Assembly: GCF_000734015.1 (NCBI RefSeq)
Contig: NZ_CP008796.1
Span: 990,001 to 1,022,000, forward strand
Direction of reading: 5' to 3'
Source: Thermodesulfobacterium commune DSM 2178
Lineage (GTDB): Bacteria; Desulfobacterota; Thermodesulfobacteria; Thermodesulfobacteriales; Thermodesulfobacteriaceae
DNA length: 32,000 nucleotides
In this document: one piece after another, positions 9,424 to 19,421 of the stretch
How the letters are laid out: each line of letters begins with the position of its first letter
How positions within the stretch are numbered: position 1 is the first letter of the stretch
The notes under the pieces: generated by a model
Databases searched by the model: none
Seen by the model: only the letters and a program-made list of their open reading frames with translations
What the model was told of the DNA's origin: nothing
Translations under genes and position numbers: made by a program

Positions 9424-11105
9424 AGCTTACGTTTTAATCTTTTTTCTATTTCAGAGACCTCGATCATCCAGTAAAGAGGACGCCCATGAGGACAGGTTTG
9501 AAGGTTATCTTCAAAAAACCTCTCTAATAACTGATAAACCTCAGCTTCGTGCAGAAAATCTCCTTTTTTCTTAGCAAGCTTGCAAGCATAACCTGCCAAA
9601 ACCTCATCTAATAAAACCTTAGGATCTCTAAAATCATTTTCTAAAAGGTCTTCTAACACCTCTCTCACTTCCTCATCAAAACCTGCAGGGACTTTGGTTA
9701 AAAAAACTTTATCTTCAGACACCTCAAAACCAAACCCTATCTCTTCTAAAGCTTCCTTTTTATTCTTAAAATTAACTAATCCCTCTTGGGTCAACCTTAA
9801 AGATAAAGGAAACAGACATTCTTGACAAGCTCCTTTCTTATATCTCCTCTTTAATTCTTCAAACATCAAGCGTTCTGAAAGGGCATGCTGGTCTATCAAG
9901 TAAAGTTTGTCTCCCCTTTCTACCAAGAGATAGGTTTGCAAAAAACTTCCTAAGTATTTAAAATCCCTGGTTTTAAACGTTGGTAGTTGAAACTCAGAGA
10001 TAGATAAAGCCTCTTTTCTTAAAGAAACCAAAGGTTGCCAATCATTTTTATAGTCCAAAATGTCTTCTTTGGTATTTAACTTTTCGTCATAAAAAGTTTC
10101 TCGGTAAAAAAACTTTTTCTCAGAAAAAATCTTTTCTACAGCAGAACTCAACAATTGATGTAAAGCTTTTTCATCTCTAAACCTTACCTCCCATTTAGCA
10201 GGATGTACGTTTACATCTATCAGATGATAGGGAGCTTTAATAAATACAACTCCTGCCGGAAAACCAAGATTTCCATAAAACGGTTTTAACGCAGTAAGAA
10301 GGATCTTAACTATTTTTTCGTCTTTTATCCATCTTTGATTTACAAATATCCAGATATATTTCGTATGAGGAAGGGTATAGGAGGTATCGGTAAGGATTAA
10401 GTCTATGATATAAGGTGGATTTTCTAATCGAACCTCTTTAAAATATTTCTGATCGATTCCCGTTATTTTTTGTAAAAGCCTTGGTAAAGTCCCCCCTTCC
10501 CATGAAAAAAGTATTTTTTCTTTTTCGTCCTGGGTTTTAAGCTCAAACCTGATTTCAGGATGGGAAAGACTTAATCCCTTAACCACCTCGGTTATTTTTA
10601 AAGTTTCTGTTTTAGGAGACTTAAGGAAGGCTTTTCTTGCAGGTAGGTTAAAAAAGAGGTCTCTGACCACTACCACAGTCCCTTTTTTAAGATTAACAGG
10701 CTTTATGTTTAACTCTTGACCTCCTTCAACCTCTATCTGATAGGCTATATCCTGTCCCTCTCTTCGGCTTGCTATCGACATCCTTGAGACCTGAGCAATA
10801 CTGGCAAGGGCTTCGCCTCTAAATCCATAGGTAACTATCTTAAAAACATCGGCAAGATTTTTTATTTTGCTGGTAGCAAAATGGTGATAACAAAGCTTTA
10901 GATCTTCTAAATCCATCCCTTCTCCGTCGTCATAAACAGAAATCTCTTTTAACCCTCCTTCCTTTATCACTACCCTGATATAAGAAGCTTGAGCATCAAA
11001 AGAGTTTTCTACCAATTCTTTTACCACGGAAGCAGGTCTTTCTACCACCTCTCCCGCGGCTATTTTTCCTCTTATCTCTTCTGGTAAAATCGAAATTTTA
11101 GGCAT
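9420..11105 (-). CDS. mutL: DNA mismatch repair protein MutL (endonuclease-type)
   Basis: N-terminal GHKL ATPase motifs (IAAGEVVERPASVVKELVENSFDA, DDGEGM, GFRGEALASI). C-terminal endonuclease motif DQHALSERLMFE and CPHGRP are also present. Confidence 0.94.
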   Translation of the reverse strand: MPKISILPEEIRGKIAAGEVVERPASVVKELVENSFDAQASYIRVVIKEGGLKEISVYDDGEGMDLEDLKLCYHHFATSKIKNLADVFKIVTYGFRGEALASIAQVSRMSIASRREGQDIAYQIEVEGGQELNIKPVNLKKGTVVVVRDLFFNLPARKAFLKSPKTETLKITEVVKGLSLSHPEIRFELKTQDEKEKILFSWEGGTLPRLLQKITGIDQKYFKEVRLENPPYIIDLILTDTSYTLPHTKYIWIFVNQRWIKDEKIVKILLTALKPFYGNLGFPAGVVFIKAPYHLIDVNVHPAKWEVRFRDEKALHQLLSSAVEKIFSEKKFFYRETFYDEKLNTKEDILDYKNDWQPLVSLRKEALSISEFQLPTFKTRDFKYLGSFLQTYLLVERGDKLYLIDQHALSERLMFEELKRRYKKGACQECLFPLSLRLTQEGLVNFKNKKEALEEIGFGFEVSEDKVFLTKVPAGFDEEVREVLEDLLENDFRDPKVLLDEVLAGYACKLAKKKGDFLHEAEVYQLLERFFEDNLQTCPHGRPLYWMIEVSEIEKRLKRKL

Positions 11106-12177
11106 GTTTTTTTATCTGAGTAAAAATTATCCTTCCGCTTGAAGAATGTAAAAGGTTGGTTACCACCACCTCTACCTCTTTTCCTATAAGAGCCCTTCCA
11201 TTTTCTACTACCACCATGCTTCCGTCTTCAAGATAACCTACTCCCTGTCCTTTTTCTTTACCTTCTTTTAGTATATAAATTTTAAGTACATCACCTGGAT
11301 GTACCGGAAGTCTTAAGGCCAAGAATAGGTCGTTTATGTTAAGTACCTCTATCTTTTCTAACTGACAGATTTTATTTAAGTTATAATCTGTGGTAATTAG
11401 TTTAGCCCCTGTTTCTTTACAAAACTTGATAAGTTTTTCATCGGTAGACATTTTAGGATAGTTAGTTTCCACGATTGCTAAGTCTACTTTAGGAAGATTT
11501 TTTAATTCGTTTAGTAAATCTAAAGCCCTTTGTCCCCTTTCTCTTTTGATAGGATCGGTGCTGTCTGATAAAAATTGAATCTCCTCTAAGATAAACTTGG
11601 GTACTATAAGTTTACCCTCAACCCACCCTACTTTTGCTACATCTACAATTCTACCATCTATTATAGCACTGGTGTCAAGCACCTTTAAATTTTCTTTAAG
11701 CCAATCCCTTTGAGAATCCTTTTTAGCTAATTTTTTAGAAACGGTGGAAATTGGAGTAAGAGCTTTAGTAACTATCTTTTCTAAAATCTTTTCTATCATG
11801 TCAGAAACTTTTAATTCTTGAAATTTTTTACCTCCAAGAACAAGACCTAAATATCCTAATCCTAACATACTCATGACATAAAGAAAAATCTCCCAAACCG
11901 TGTTGCCTAAAACCTGATGGAATACAGAAGAAAAAAGTTTAGCAACCCCTAATCCTACCAGCAAACCAATGGAGCTCCCTAACAACTGTAGAAAAGGTAG
12001 ATCTCTTATCCTTTTTTCTATAAAAATAACCAATACACCAAGAAAAAAACCTGCAGCCCCACCTAATAACGGAAAAACGTAGCCTTTTTCAGGATAAAAA
12101 TAAAACAAAATGCCACCACCCAAAATAGTACAAACAGCTATAAAGATGATTTGGAAAAGATGCTTACCACCTAGCAT
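11098..12177 (-). CDS. Membrane-anchored PIN + TRAM domain protein (YacL-like)
   Basis: Four predicted N-terminal TM helices come first. A PIN-like region follows (VLDTSAIIDGRI...ITTDYNLNK) and then a C-terminal TRAM-like beta region (GKEVEVVVTNLLHSSSGRIIF). I moved the start to the ATG at 12177, which has AAGGAGGT 4 nt upstream. The ORF-track start at 12234 would overlap mdh. Confidence 0.75.
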   Translation of the reverse strand: MLGGKHLFQIIFIAVCTILGGGILFYFYPEKGYVFPLLGGAAGFFLGVLVIFIEKRIRDLPFLQLLGSSIGLLVGLGVAKLFSSVFHQVLGNTVWEIFLYVMSMLGLGYLGLVLGGKKFQELKVSDMIEKILEKIVTKALTPISTVSKKLAKKDSQRDWLKENLKVLDTSAIIDGRIVDVAKVGWVEGKLIVPKFILEEIQFLSDSTDPIKRERGQRALDLLNELKNLPKVDLAIVETNYPKMSTDEKLIKFCKETGAKLITTDYNLNKICQLEKIEVLNINDLFLALRLPVHPGDVLKIYILKEGKEKGQGVGYLEDGSMVVVENGRALIGKEVEVVVTNLLHSSSGRIIFTQIKKHA

Positions 12178-12187
12178 TGCACCTCCT

Positions 12188-13117
12188 TTACTTAATAGAC
12201 AAATACGAAAGCAGTTCTTTACAGTGTTCGGCACACCTTTTTAAAGCCTCTTGTTCTTCAGGCAAGAGTTTGAATTCTATCACCCTTTCTACCCCTTTTC
12301 TTCCTAAAACCACAGGTACTCCCAAAAAAACCCCTTCGATTCCATATTCCCCTTCTAAGTAAACAGAGCAGGTTAACACCCGTTTTTCATCTTTTAAAAT
12401 ACTTTCAACCATTTCTATCACAGAAAGGCCTGGTGTGGTGAAAGCACTACCTGTTTTAAGGTAAGAAACAATTTCTCCTCCACCAAACTTAGTCCTATAA
12501 ACTATCTCTTCTATTTTTTCCTTAGGAAGAAGTTCGGTAACAGGAATCCCAGACACATTGGCCAATCTCACCAAAGGAAGCATCAGATCTCCATGAATTC
12601 CCATCACCAGGGCTTGAACGTCCTTAGGACTTACCCCTAAAGCCTCTGCTAAAAAATAACGATAACGAGCTGAATCAAGCACTCCTGCCATTCCGATAAC
12701 CCTCTCCTTAGGGAACCCAGTTACTTTAAAAGCTACATAAACCATCGCATCAAGAGGATTAGAAACTACGATTACTATGCTTTGAGGAGCATATTTTTTA
12801 ACATTTTCTGCGCAAGAACTTACTATTTTCTCGTTAATGCTTATCAGATCTTCCCTTGACATCCCTGGTTGTCTTGGCTTGCCGGCGGTAATAACTACTA
12901 CGTCTGCACCATCAAGAGCTGAAAAATCCTCTGTACCCCATATTTTTCCTGAAAATCCAAAAAGGGGGGAACTTTGTACCAAATCTAAAGCTTTACCTTT
13001 AGCAAGGTCTGGTATGATATCGATAAGAACGACCTCACGGGCAGTATTTTTAACCATCGCCCAATGGGCACAACTTGTCCCAACTGCACCTGCTCCAATA
13101 ATAACCAACTTACTCAT
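12188..13117 (-). CDS. mdh: Malate dehydrogenase (LDH-like NAD-dependent MDH family)
   Basis: Rossmann motif KLVIIGAGAVG, the ITAGKPRQPGMSR(E)DL substrate loop with Arg as in MDH, and catalytic GIHGD. Length is 309 aa. Confidence 0.9.
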   Translation of the reverse strand: MSKLVIIGAGAVGTSCAHWAMVKNTAREVVLIDIIPDLAKGKALDLVQSSPLFGFSGKIWGTEDFSALDGADVVVITAGKPRQPGMSREDLISINEKIVSSCAENVKKYAPQSIVIVVSNPLDAMVYVAFKVTGFPKERVIGMAGVLDSARYRYFLAEALGVSPKDVQALVMGIHGDLMLPLVRLANVSGIPVTELLPKEKIEEIVYRTKFGGGEIVSYLKTGSAFTTPGLSVIEMVESILKDEKRVLTCSVYLEGEYGIEGVFLGVPVVLGRKGVERVIEFKLLPEEQEALKRCAEHCKELLSYLSIK

Positions 13118-13668
13118 AAACTCTCCTCCTTGTTAAGAAATTCTTTATACCAAGTTTCAAAGATACGAACTTTCTCTTCTCCGTACTTCCTAAGTTCCTT
13201 TTTTATCTCCTCTACCGACTTCTCTTTATCTACCCTTTCAGGAACCTTAGAAAAAAATTTGTCTGCAAAGGCTATGATTTTTTCTTCTAAGGTCTGCGGT
13301 ACCATATCTCTTAGAGGAAGAGGAAGTTTTTTTTCTATGATCTCTTGCTTGGTAATACCCACCCCTATGTGTCTTTCACAAACCAAAGCGAGGTCTAAAT
13401 ATCCCTCTTTCTCAAGAATATCCCTACCTATCACTCCATGCTTAATATAAGGCTCTGTAGCTTGTTCATTAAACTTAGGGAAATAAGTAAAAAAACATCC
13501 TATATCATGCAACATAGCTCCTTTATAAACAAAATCTAAGTTTACCTGGGGGAATTTTTTGGCTATTTCTAGAGCCTTTTTAGCAACTGCCTGAGAGTGG
13601 TTAACGATAAGATTTAAAAACTCTGGATTCCCCTTGCCGTACTTTTCAAGCAAACTTAAAGGATCCAT
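13114..13668 (-). CDS. HD-domain phosphohydrolase (HDIG-type), function unknown
   Basis: LHDIGC (HD motif) plus a downstream HIGVG. Length is 184 aa. Its TGA overlaps the mdh ATG. Confidence 0.75.
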   Translation of the reverse strand: MDPLSLLEKYGKGNPEFLNLIVNHSQAVAKKALEIAKKFPQVNLDFVYKGAMLHDIGCFFTYFPKFNEQATEPYIKHGVIGRDILEKEGYLDLALVCERHIGVGITKQEIIEKKLPLPLRDMVPQTLEEKIIAFADKFFSKVPERVDKEKSVEEIKKELRKYGEEKVRIFETWYKEFLNKEESL

Positions 13669-13734
13669 AGGATCGACCTAATATTTAAAATTATAACCCC
13701 ATCTATCACGTTGTAAACCAAAGTTATCATAAAC

Positions 13735-15054
13735 CTAAAAACCTATTATTAGTTTAACTATAAAAAACAAGGCTATCAAAAAGGTAGGGATAGGAACTTC
13801 TCTTCTTTTACCAGATAAAAGCTTCAAAAAGACATAGCTTAATACTCCGATGATTATGCCGTTTACTATGCTAAAAGTTAAAGGCATGAACATGATGGTT
13901 AAAAAGGCAGGCAATCCTTCGGTGTAATCTTCAAAATCTATTTCCTTGATGGCGGTTAACATAAAAAGCCCTACCAACACCAAAGCAGGAGTTATAGCAG
14001 CAAGAGGAATTAATAAAAAAAGAGAAGAAAAAAACAAAGCTAAAGAGAAAAAGAAAGCAGTGAAAACAGAAGTAAGTCCTGTCCTTCCTCCCTCTGTAAC
14101 TCCCGAAGCACTTTCTATATAAGCAGTAACTGTCGAAACCCCCAAAATAGCCCCTAAGGTTGTGCTTATAGCATCTACCAAAAGCCCTCGTTTAAAGCTT
14201 ATACTTTCTTCGAATCTTTCTTCAAGTCTTGCTTTAGTAGAAATTCCTATAAGTGTGCCGATGGTATCAAAAAGATCTATAGAAAGAAAGGTGAGCATGA
14301 TAATTAAAAAATCCCCTGACCAAATGTTACTAAAATCAAACTTAAAAAAAACTGAAGACGAAGAGAAAGGTAAAGACAGAAATTGAAAACCCTCTAATCG
14401 AGTTACTCCCAAAGGAATCCCCAAGACTGCGGTAATAAGGATACCTAAAAGCAAAGCCCCTTTTATCTTAAAGAAAAGTAAAGCCCCTGTAATAATTATT
14501 CCTAAAAGCCCTAAAAAGGCTTCAGGGTTGGTTAAGTCTCCAAGTTGAACGAGAACATTAGGATTTTTAACCACGATGTGAGCATTTTGAAGCCCTATAA
14601 AGGCTATAAAAAGGCCTATACCTACAGAAATTGCTCTTTTCAAATTCTCAGGGATAGCTTTAGCGATAGCAGTTCTAAGGTTGGTAACTGTAAGGAAGAT
14701 AAAAATTATTCCTTCTAAAAACACAGCAGTAAGAGCTGTTTGCCAAGAGTATCCCATCCCTAAAACCACGGTATAAGTAAAAAAGGCACATAGTCCTATC
14801 CCAGGGGCTAAAGCAAAAGGTAAATTAGCATAAACTCCCATCAAAAAAGTAGAAAACATACACATCAAAACTACAGAGGTAAAAAGAGATTCCTTAGGCA
14901 TTCCCGTTTTAGAAAGGATAGAAGGTACTACAGCAAGCACATAAGCCATCGTCATGAACGTGGTAAAACCTGCTATAAACTCTGTTTTTACATCGGTATT
15001 TCTTTGTTTTAACTTAAAGATCCGTTGGATAAAACTTTCTAAATTTTGTAGCAT
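13735..15054 (-). CDS. NCS2/AzgA-family purine (adenine/guanine/hypoxanthine) permease
   Basis: The N-terminus FKLKQRNTDVKTEFIAGFTTFMTMAYVLAV is typical of AzgA-like permeases, with about 12 hydrophobic segments. The start is set to the ATG at 15054 (AGGAG 2-3 nt spaced). The ORF-track start at 15093 falls inside the predicted -10 box. Confidence 0.85.
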   Translation of the reverse strand: MLQNLESFIQRIFKLKQRNTDVKTEFIAGFTTFMTMAYVLAVVPSILSKTGMPKESLFTSVVLMCMFSTFLMGVYANLPFALAPGIGLCAFFTYTVVLGMGYSWQTALTAVFLEGIIFIFLTVTNLRTAIAKAIPENLKRAISVGIGLFIAFIGLQNAHIVVKNPNVLVQLGDLTNPEAFLGLLGIIITGALLFFKIKGALLLGILITAVLGIPLGVTRLEGFQFLSLPFSSSSVFFKFDFSNIWSGDFLIIMLTFLSIDLFDTIGTLIGISTKARLEERFEESISFKRGLLVDAISTTLGAILGVSTVTAYIESASGVTEGGRTGLTSVFTAFFFSLALFFSSLFLLIPLAAITPALVLVGLFMLTAIKEIDFEDYTEGLPAFLTIMFMPLTFSIVNGIIIGVLSYVFLKLLSGKRREVPIPTFLIALFFIVKLIIGF

Positions 15055-15092
15055 ATCTCCTAAACCTTTAATTTTTTTGAAAATATAATGCA

Positions 15093-15121
15093 AATATATT
15101 AATAAAACTCCCTTTCGTCAA
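15093..15121 (-). promoter_or_regulatory. Candidate sigma70 promoter for the permease gene
   Basis: On the minus strand: TTGACG (15121-15116), exactly 17 nt, then TATATT (15098-15093), about 40 nt upstream of the 15054 start. Confidence 0.4.
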
Positions 15122-15215
15122 CTTGAGGTTTTATTTTTTTAATACCACTTAAAAACTGTTTATGTTTTAAGGCTTTTTTGTTTTTTTCTGTTTTAGTAGA
15201 TAAACCTGCTTAGTA

Positions 15216-15224
15216 TGTTATAAT
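15216..15224 (+). promoter_or_regulatory. Candidate extended -10 element for the lipoprotein-hisA-RNase operon
   Basis: TGtTATAAT at 15216-15224, 36 nt upstream of the ATG at 15260. No convincing -35 was found. Confidence 0.3.
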
Positions 15225-15259
15225 ACGTGATAATACTAAAAATTAACTGAGAGGTTTTT

Positions 15260-15910
15260 ATGAAAAAACTTCTTTTTTACCTTGGGTTATGTTTGGTTTT
15301 ACTTTGTGGAGGATGTGCAACCTCTCCTCCTCAAACTAAATCTACGATCACCTCTTTTAAAACCATTCTAATTCTTCCCTTCGAATATTACAATCCAGAG
15401 CAACGAGAAATTTTCATAGTACCTTTTAAAGGAATAATTTCAGGTCCCATCAAGATGTCAGCCTCAGAAACCCTTAGCCAAGTATTAAAAGAACGGTTAC
15501 TAACTGCCAACCTTCCTTATCAGTTTAAATTTCTTGTTCCTCAAGAGGCTGAAACTCTGATTTTAGAAACACTTGCCGAAAGCCAAAGTTTTTCTGAATT
15601 TATTAAAAGGTTAGCCTCTAAAACCGGGGTAGATGCTATCCTTTACGGAAGGATTTATCGCTACCAGGAAAGACAAGGGAGTGGTTTTTCTGTAAACGAG
15701 CCAGCAAGTGTGGCCTTTGTCTTGGTACTTTATGATGGTTCTTCAGGAAAAATTGTCTGGGCAGAAATGTTTGACGAGACCCAGAAACCTTTAAGTGAAA
15801 ACCTATTAAACCTTAAAATCTACAAAAAAATTAAATGGCTTACCGCTAAGGAACTGGCTGAAAATGGAATTGAACTTCTTTTACAAAAATTTCCTGGTGC
15901 CAAGAGGTAA
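15260..15910 (+). CDS. Putative lipoprotein, unknown function
   Basis: Signal peptide MKKLLFYLGLCLVLLCGGCATS with a lipobox-like LCGGC. GAGAGG is upstream. I do not recognise a characterised family. Confidence 0.7.
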   Translation: MKKLLFYLGLCLVLLCGGCATSPPQTKSTITSFKTILILPFEYYNPEQREIFIVPFKGIISGPIKMSASETLSQVLKERLLTANLPYQFKFLVPQEAETLILETLAESQSFSEFIKRLASKTGVDAILYGRIYRYQERQGSGFSVNEPASVAFVLVLYDGSSGKIVWAEMFDETQKPLSENLLNLKIYKKIKWLTAKELAENGIELLLQKFPGAKR

Positions 15911-15913
15911 CAA

Positions 15914-16636
15914 ATGTTGGTAATCCCGGCTATTGACCTAAGAAATCATAAGGTAGTAAGGCTTTTTCAGGGAGATTATGAGAAAACTAAAGTATATGGA
16001 GAAAACCCTGAAGAATATGCCCGATTTTTTAGACAACAAGGAGCTAAAAGACTTCATATAGTAGACCTTGATGGTGCCAAGGAGGGGAAACCAGTCCATA
16101 AAGACCTGGTAATAAAAATTGCCCAAGGTCTTGACATTCCTGTCCAGGTAGGAGGAGGGATAAGAACAGAAGAGCATGTAGAGACCTATCTAAAAAATGG
16201 GGTCTCTCAGGTCATCTTAGGAACTAAAGCTGTCTCTTCGGTTGATTGGTTAAGAACCTTATGTAATAGATATCCTCAGAAAATAATCGTAAGTGTAGAC
16301 GTAAAAGGTGAAAAGGTAGCCATAGCAGGATGGTTGGAAACATCAGAGGTGAACTATTTGGATTTTATAAAAAATCTAAAAGGCCTTAAGCTTTTTGCGA
16401 TTATTCTAACCATTATAGAACGAGATGGTACCCAAAAAGGGGTAGAAGTAGATAGATTAGAAAAAGCACTTCAGTTTTCAGAACATCCTATTATTTTAGC
16501 GGGAGGGGTTTCTACTTTAGAAGATATTCAAAAATTAAAACCTTATGAAAAGTTAGGATTGATGGGAGTTATAACTGGGAGAGCCCTTTATGAAGGTACG
16601 TTAAACCTTAAAGAAGCCTTATTACTTGCGGAGTGA
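15914..16636 (+). CDS. hisA: ProFAR isomerase HisA (histidine biosynthesis)
   Basis: MLVIPAIDLRNHKVVRLFQGDY, HIVDLDGA, VQVGGGIR and ILAGGVS are the classic HisA (beta/alpha)8 phosphate-binding motifs. Confidence 0.92.
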   Translation: MLVIPAIDLRNHKVVRLFQGDYEKTKVYGENPEEYARFFRQQGAKRLHIVDLDGAKEGKPVHKDLVIKIAQGLDIPVQVGGGIRTEEHVETYLKNGVSQVILGTKAVSSVDWLRTLCNRYPQKIIVSVDVKGEKVAIAGWLETSEVNYLDFIKNLKGLKLFAIILTIIERDGTQKGVEVDRLEKALQFSEHPIILAGGVSTLEDIQKLKPYEKLGLMGVITGRALYEGTLNLKEALLLAE

Positions 16637-18627
16637 TGGACCTTATTTTTTTAAAAAATAAGGTAGTAGATATTTTCTATCGAGAAAAAATAACTACCGC
16701 TTACGTTAAAGAGGTAAAAGGGAAACGCCTTCATATAGTTTTACCTTCTGGCAAAGAAGAGTCCATCAACTACCATGCTTTGGTATCCTTTGAAGAAAAA
16801 CCAATTTCATCAAAAGACCTAACCCAGGTGGAGACCCTTTTAAGAGAAAAAAATCAAAAAAGAGAAAAACTAAAAGATATTTTTAACTTAGAAGAACTTT
16901 GGGAAGTGGTAGTTGACGAAGAACAACCCATTTTATTAGCTAAAGACCTGGTAGAACTTTTCCTGGGAAAAGTACCAGAAGAAGACGAAATCGCAGGGTT
17001 TTTACGAAAGGTCTGCGAGGCTAAACTTTATTTTAAATTAAAAGCACCTAACGAAGTAGAAATAATGCCTCGAGAGGAAGTAGAAAGGGAAATTCATAGG
17101 AGAGAAAAAGAACTCGAAAGATTAAAAAAATTAAACCAAGGTATAGAGTTTATAAAATCCTTAAAAGCAGGATCTATAGAAAAGTTTGACCAAGAAACTA
17201 TAGACTTCTGGGGAACTGCTTTAAAAGAATATTTTTTATGGGAAGAGCAAAGTTCCTCGGGAAAGATGGTTAAAGACGTTTTAGAAAAGGCAGAAATTAA
17301 GGAACAAAATCAGATTTTTGACCTATTAGTTAAGCTAAACCTGTTTGACGAAGACGAAAACGTAGAGCTTTTGAAAACCAAATTTCCTTTAGACTTTAGT
17401 TTGGAAGAAATAAAACAGGCGGAAGAGATTTCTCGTTCCTCATTAGAGGATGAGCCTAGAGAAGACTTAACACATTTAGAGACTTTTACCATAGACGCTG
17501 AAGAGACAGAAGACTTTGATGATGCCTTAAGTTTTGAAGAGACAAAAGAGGGATATTTAATTTATGTTCATATCGCAGATGTGGCTGGATTTATAAAACC
17601 TGGGACCCCTCTTTGGAATGGTGCTTTAGAAAGAACTTTAACCCTTTATCTTCCTGAAAAAATCATTCCCATGCTACCTTTTTCCCTTTCTCACGAAAAA
17701 TTTAGTCTAAAACAAGGAGAAATAAGGCCTGCCTTAACCTTTAAGATTTACCTGCAAAAAGACGGAGAGCTTAAAGAATTTAAAGCCACCTCCTCTCTTA
17801 TTAAGGTAAAAAAGAGACTTACTTATAAAGAGGTAGACTCATATCTCAGTTCTGGAGAACCTTTCTGGCAAAAACTTTATCAACTTCTTATGCAGTTTAA
17901 ACGAAAAAGGGAAGAAAATGGGGCTATCGCTATCTTTTTGCCTGAGGTTGAGGTTAAGGTGTCTGAGGATGGGACTATTTCAGTTTTCAAGGTAGAAATG
18001 ACCCCTGCCAGAATGTTGGTGGCTGAAGCTATGGTTCTTACCAACTACTTAGGAGCCAAACTACTCCAACAAAATCAAATTCCTGGAATTTTTCGTTCCC
18101 AACCTAAACCCATAGAAGTAATAGAAAACTTTGAAGAAAACCTTTATCTTAAGCTCCTTCAACTGAGATATCTTGCGAAATCTGAAATTTCTCTTTTTCC
18201 AGAATATCATTCTGGATTAGGACTTGAAGCTTATGCTACCTTGTCTTCTCCGATAAGAAGGTTTGCAGACCTGGTAAACCAATATCAGCTAAAGGCTCTT
18301 ATCGCTGGTACCCCTCCTCTTTCAGAAAAGGAACTCAACCAATTTTTACCAGAATTGCAAACTAACCTTCAAAGAGCAACCTTTCTTCAAAACAAAAGAG
18401 AAAAATATTTTCTACTTAAATACTTGCAAACCCAGGTTAAAGACCAACCTTTACAAGGACTGGTTTTGCAGGTACAAAACAAAAGGGCCAAAGTATACCT
18501 GGTTGATTTTAACCTTACAGGAGACCTGATAGGGTTCAAAGAAAACCTCAATCCTGGGCAAGAAATAATCGTTAAAATAGAAAAGGTCAACCCCAGATTA
18601 GAAATATTAAGACTGAAACTTGATTAA
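16636..18627 (+). CDS. RNase II/R-family 3'-5' exoribonuclease
   Basis: RNB-domain motifs: FTIDAEETEDFDDALS, HIADVA, LSSPIRRFADLVNQYQL, and a C-terminal S1-like segment. The ATG at 16636 overlaps the hisA TGA (TGATG). The ORF-track GTG at 16633 is one codon upstream. Confidence 0.85.
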   Translation: MDLIFLKNKVVDIFYREKITTAYVKEVKGKRLHIVLPSGKEESINYHALVSFEEKPISSKDLTQVETLLREKNQKREKLKDIFNLEELWEVVVDEEQPILLAKDLVELFLGKVPEEDEIAGFLRKVCEAKLYFKLKAPNEVEIMPREEVEREIHRREKELERLKKLNQGIEFIKSLKAGSIEKFDQETIDFWGTALKEYFLWEEQSSSGKMVKDVLEKAEIKEQNQIFDLLVKLNLFDEDENVELLKTKFPLDFSLEEIKQAEEISRSSLEDEPREDLTHLETFTIDAEETEDFDDALSFEETKEGYLIYVHIADVAGFIKPGTPLWNGALERTLTLYLPEKIIPMLPFSLSHEKFSLKQGEIRPALTFKIYLQKDGELKEFKATSSLIKVKKRLTYKEVDSYLSSGEPFWQKLYQLLMQFKRKREENGAIAIFLPEVEVKVSEDGTISVFKVEMTPARMLVAEAMVLTNYLGAKLLQQNQIPGIFRSQPKPIEVIENFEENLYLKLLQLRYLAKSEISLFPEYHSGLGLEAYATLSSPIRRFADLVNQYQLKALIAGTPPLSEKELNQFLPELQTNLQRATFLQNKREKYFLLKYLQTQVKDQPLQGLVLQVQNKRAKVYLVDFNLTGDLIGFKENLNPGQEIIVKIEKVNPRLEILRLKLD

Positions 18628-19421
18628 ATTAAATTTTTATTAGCCTTTTTTTCAGAATACATCAAAGCATCTGCTGTTGCAAGCATATTTTCTATAGACT
18701 TTTCTAAATCCCCCTTATCTTCTAGCTGAGCAATACCAATAGAAATCTTAACATTAGGGATGTTATATATCTCCCAGTTTTTCTTAATCCTTTCAGCTAC
18801 CTGAACAGCTTGCTCTTTGGTAGTATACGGTAATAAGATAACAAACTCGTCTCCTCCATATCTAAAAACCAGGTCTACCCCTGCTCTTACACTATTTAAA
18901 AGAGTTTCCCCTACCAGCTTTAGTAAAGCATCACCTTCTTGATGTCCAAGATTATCGTTATACCATTTAAAATTGTCAAGGTCTAGCATCATTAAACTAA
19001 GAGGATGTCTTTGCCTAAGGGCTTTATAGGCTTCTTCTCTTAGTTTTTCTTCAAAGAACCTCCTGTTATAAACCCCTGTCAAAGGGTCTTCTATCAAAAA
19101 ACGCTTTATTTTTTTATCCAGGTAATATTCTTTAAAAAGTTTAGCCAACCTAGCTTTAAGTTCGTTTATAGTAAAAGGTTTAAAAACAACTTCATCTGCG
19201 CCTAAGTCAAAATAACGTGCTATATCTTCCTCTTTTAAAAAATTTAAAACTACACATACCTTAGATTCTTCGTAGAATTCTTTAACTTTGTTTAAAAGAA
19301 ACGAAAGATCTTCTCCTCCTCTCCCCACCAATACCACCAACTGAAAAAGGTCTTCTTTAGAAAACTCCAGCCTTTCCACACTTATTATTTCTACCTTATA
19401 GGGCTCTAAAATTTCTTCCAA
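18624..19421 (-). CDS. Diguanylate cyclase (GGDEF) with degenerate receiver domain; main fragment of a frameshifted gene
   Basis: RYGGDEF active site, LTGVYNRRFF and the DLDNFKWYNDNLGH motifs. The N-terminal part looks like the last four-fifths of a CheY-like receiver (VVFKPF). The ORF-track start is a TTG lying inside an A10/T10 run with no SD of its own. See the companion fragment at 19396..19518. Confidence 0.85.
   Translation of the reverse strand: MEEILEPYKVEIISVERLEFSKEDLFQLVVLVGRGGEDLSFLLNKVKEFYEESKVCVVLNFLKEEDIARYFDLGADEVVFKPFTINELKARLAKLFKEYYLDKKIKRFLIEDPLTGVYNRRFFEEKLREEAYKALRQRHPLSLMMLDLDNFKWYNDNLGHQEGDALLKLVGETLLNSVRAGVDLVFRYGGDEFVILLPYTTKEQAVQVAERIKKNWEIYNIPNVKISIGIAQLEDKGDLEKSIENMLATADALMYSEKKANKNLI

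Noticed and set aside
9329-9574. 81-aa plus-strand ORF over the miaA/mutL junction
   Set aside because: It is antisense to two overlapping, well-supported genes.
12177-13450. Plus-strand ORFs 12177..12362, 12837..13136 and 13064..13450
   Set aside because: All are antisense to mdh or the HD-domain gene. They are Ser/Leu/Pro-rich shadows.
15055-15259. Purine riboswitch upstream of the NCS2 purine permease
   Set aside because: I read the minus-strand leader and saw none of the conserved purine-riboswitch core (no ...TTTCTACC...CCGTAAAT-like junction or paired P2/P3 loops). Only a plain promoter-like element is present.
14162-18590. Short embedded ORFs 14162..14386(+), 15938..16177(-), 17310..17492(-) and 18387..18590(-)
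   Set aside because: Each lies wholly inside, and antisense to, a confidently assigned gene (permease, hisA, RNase II family).
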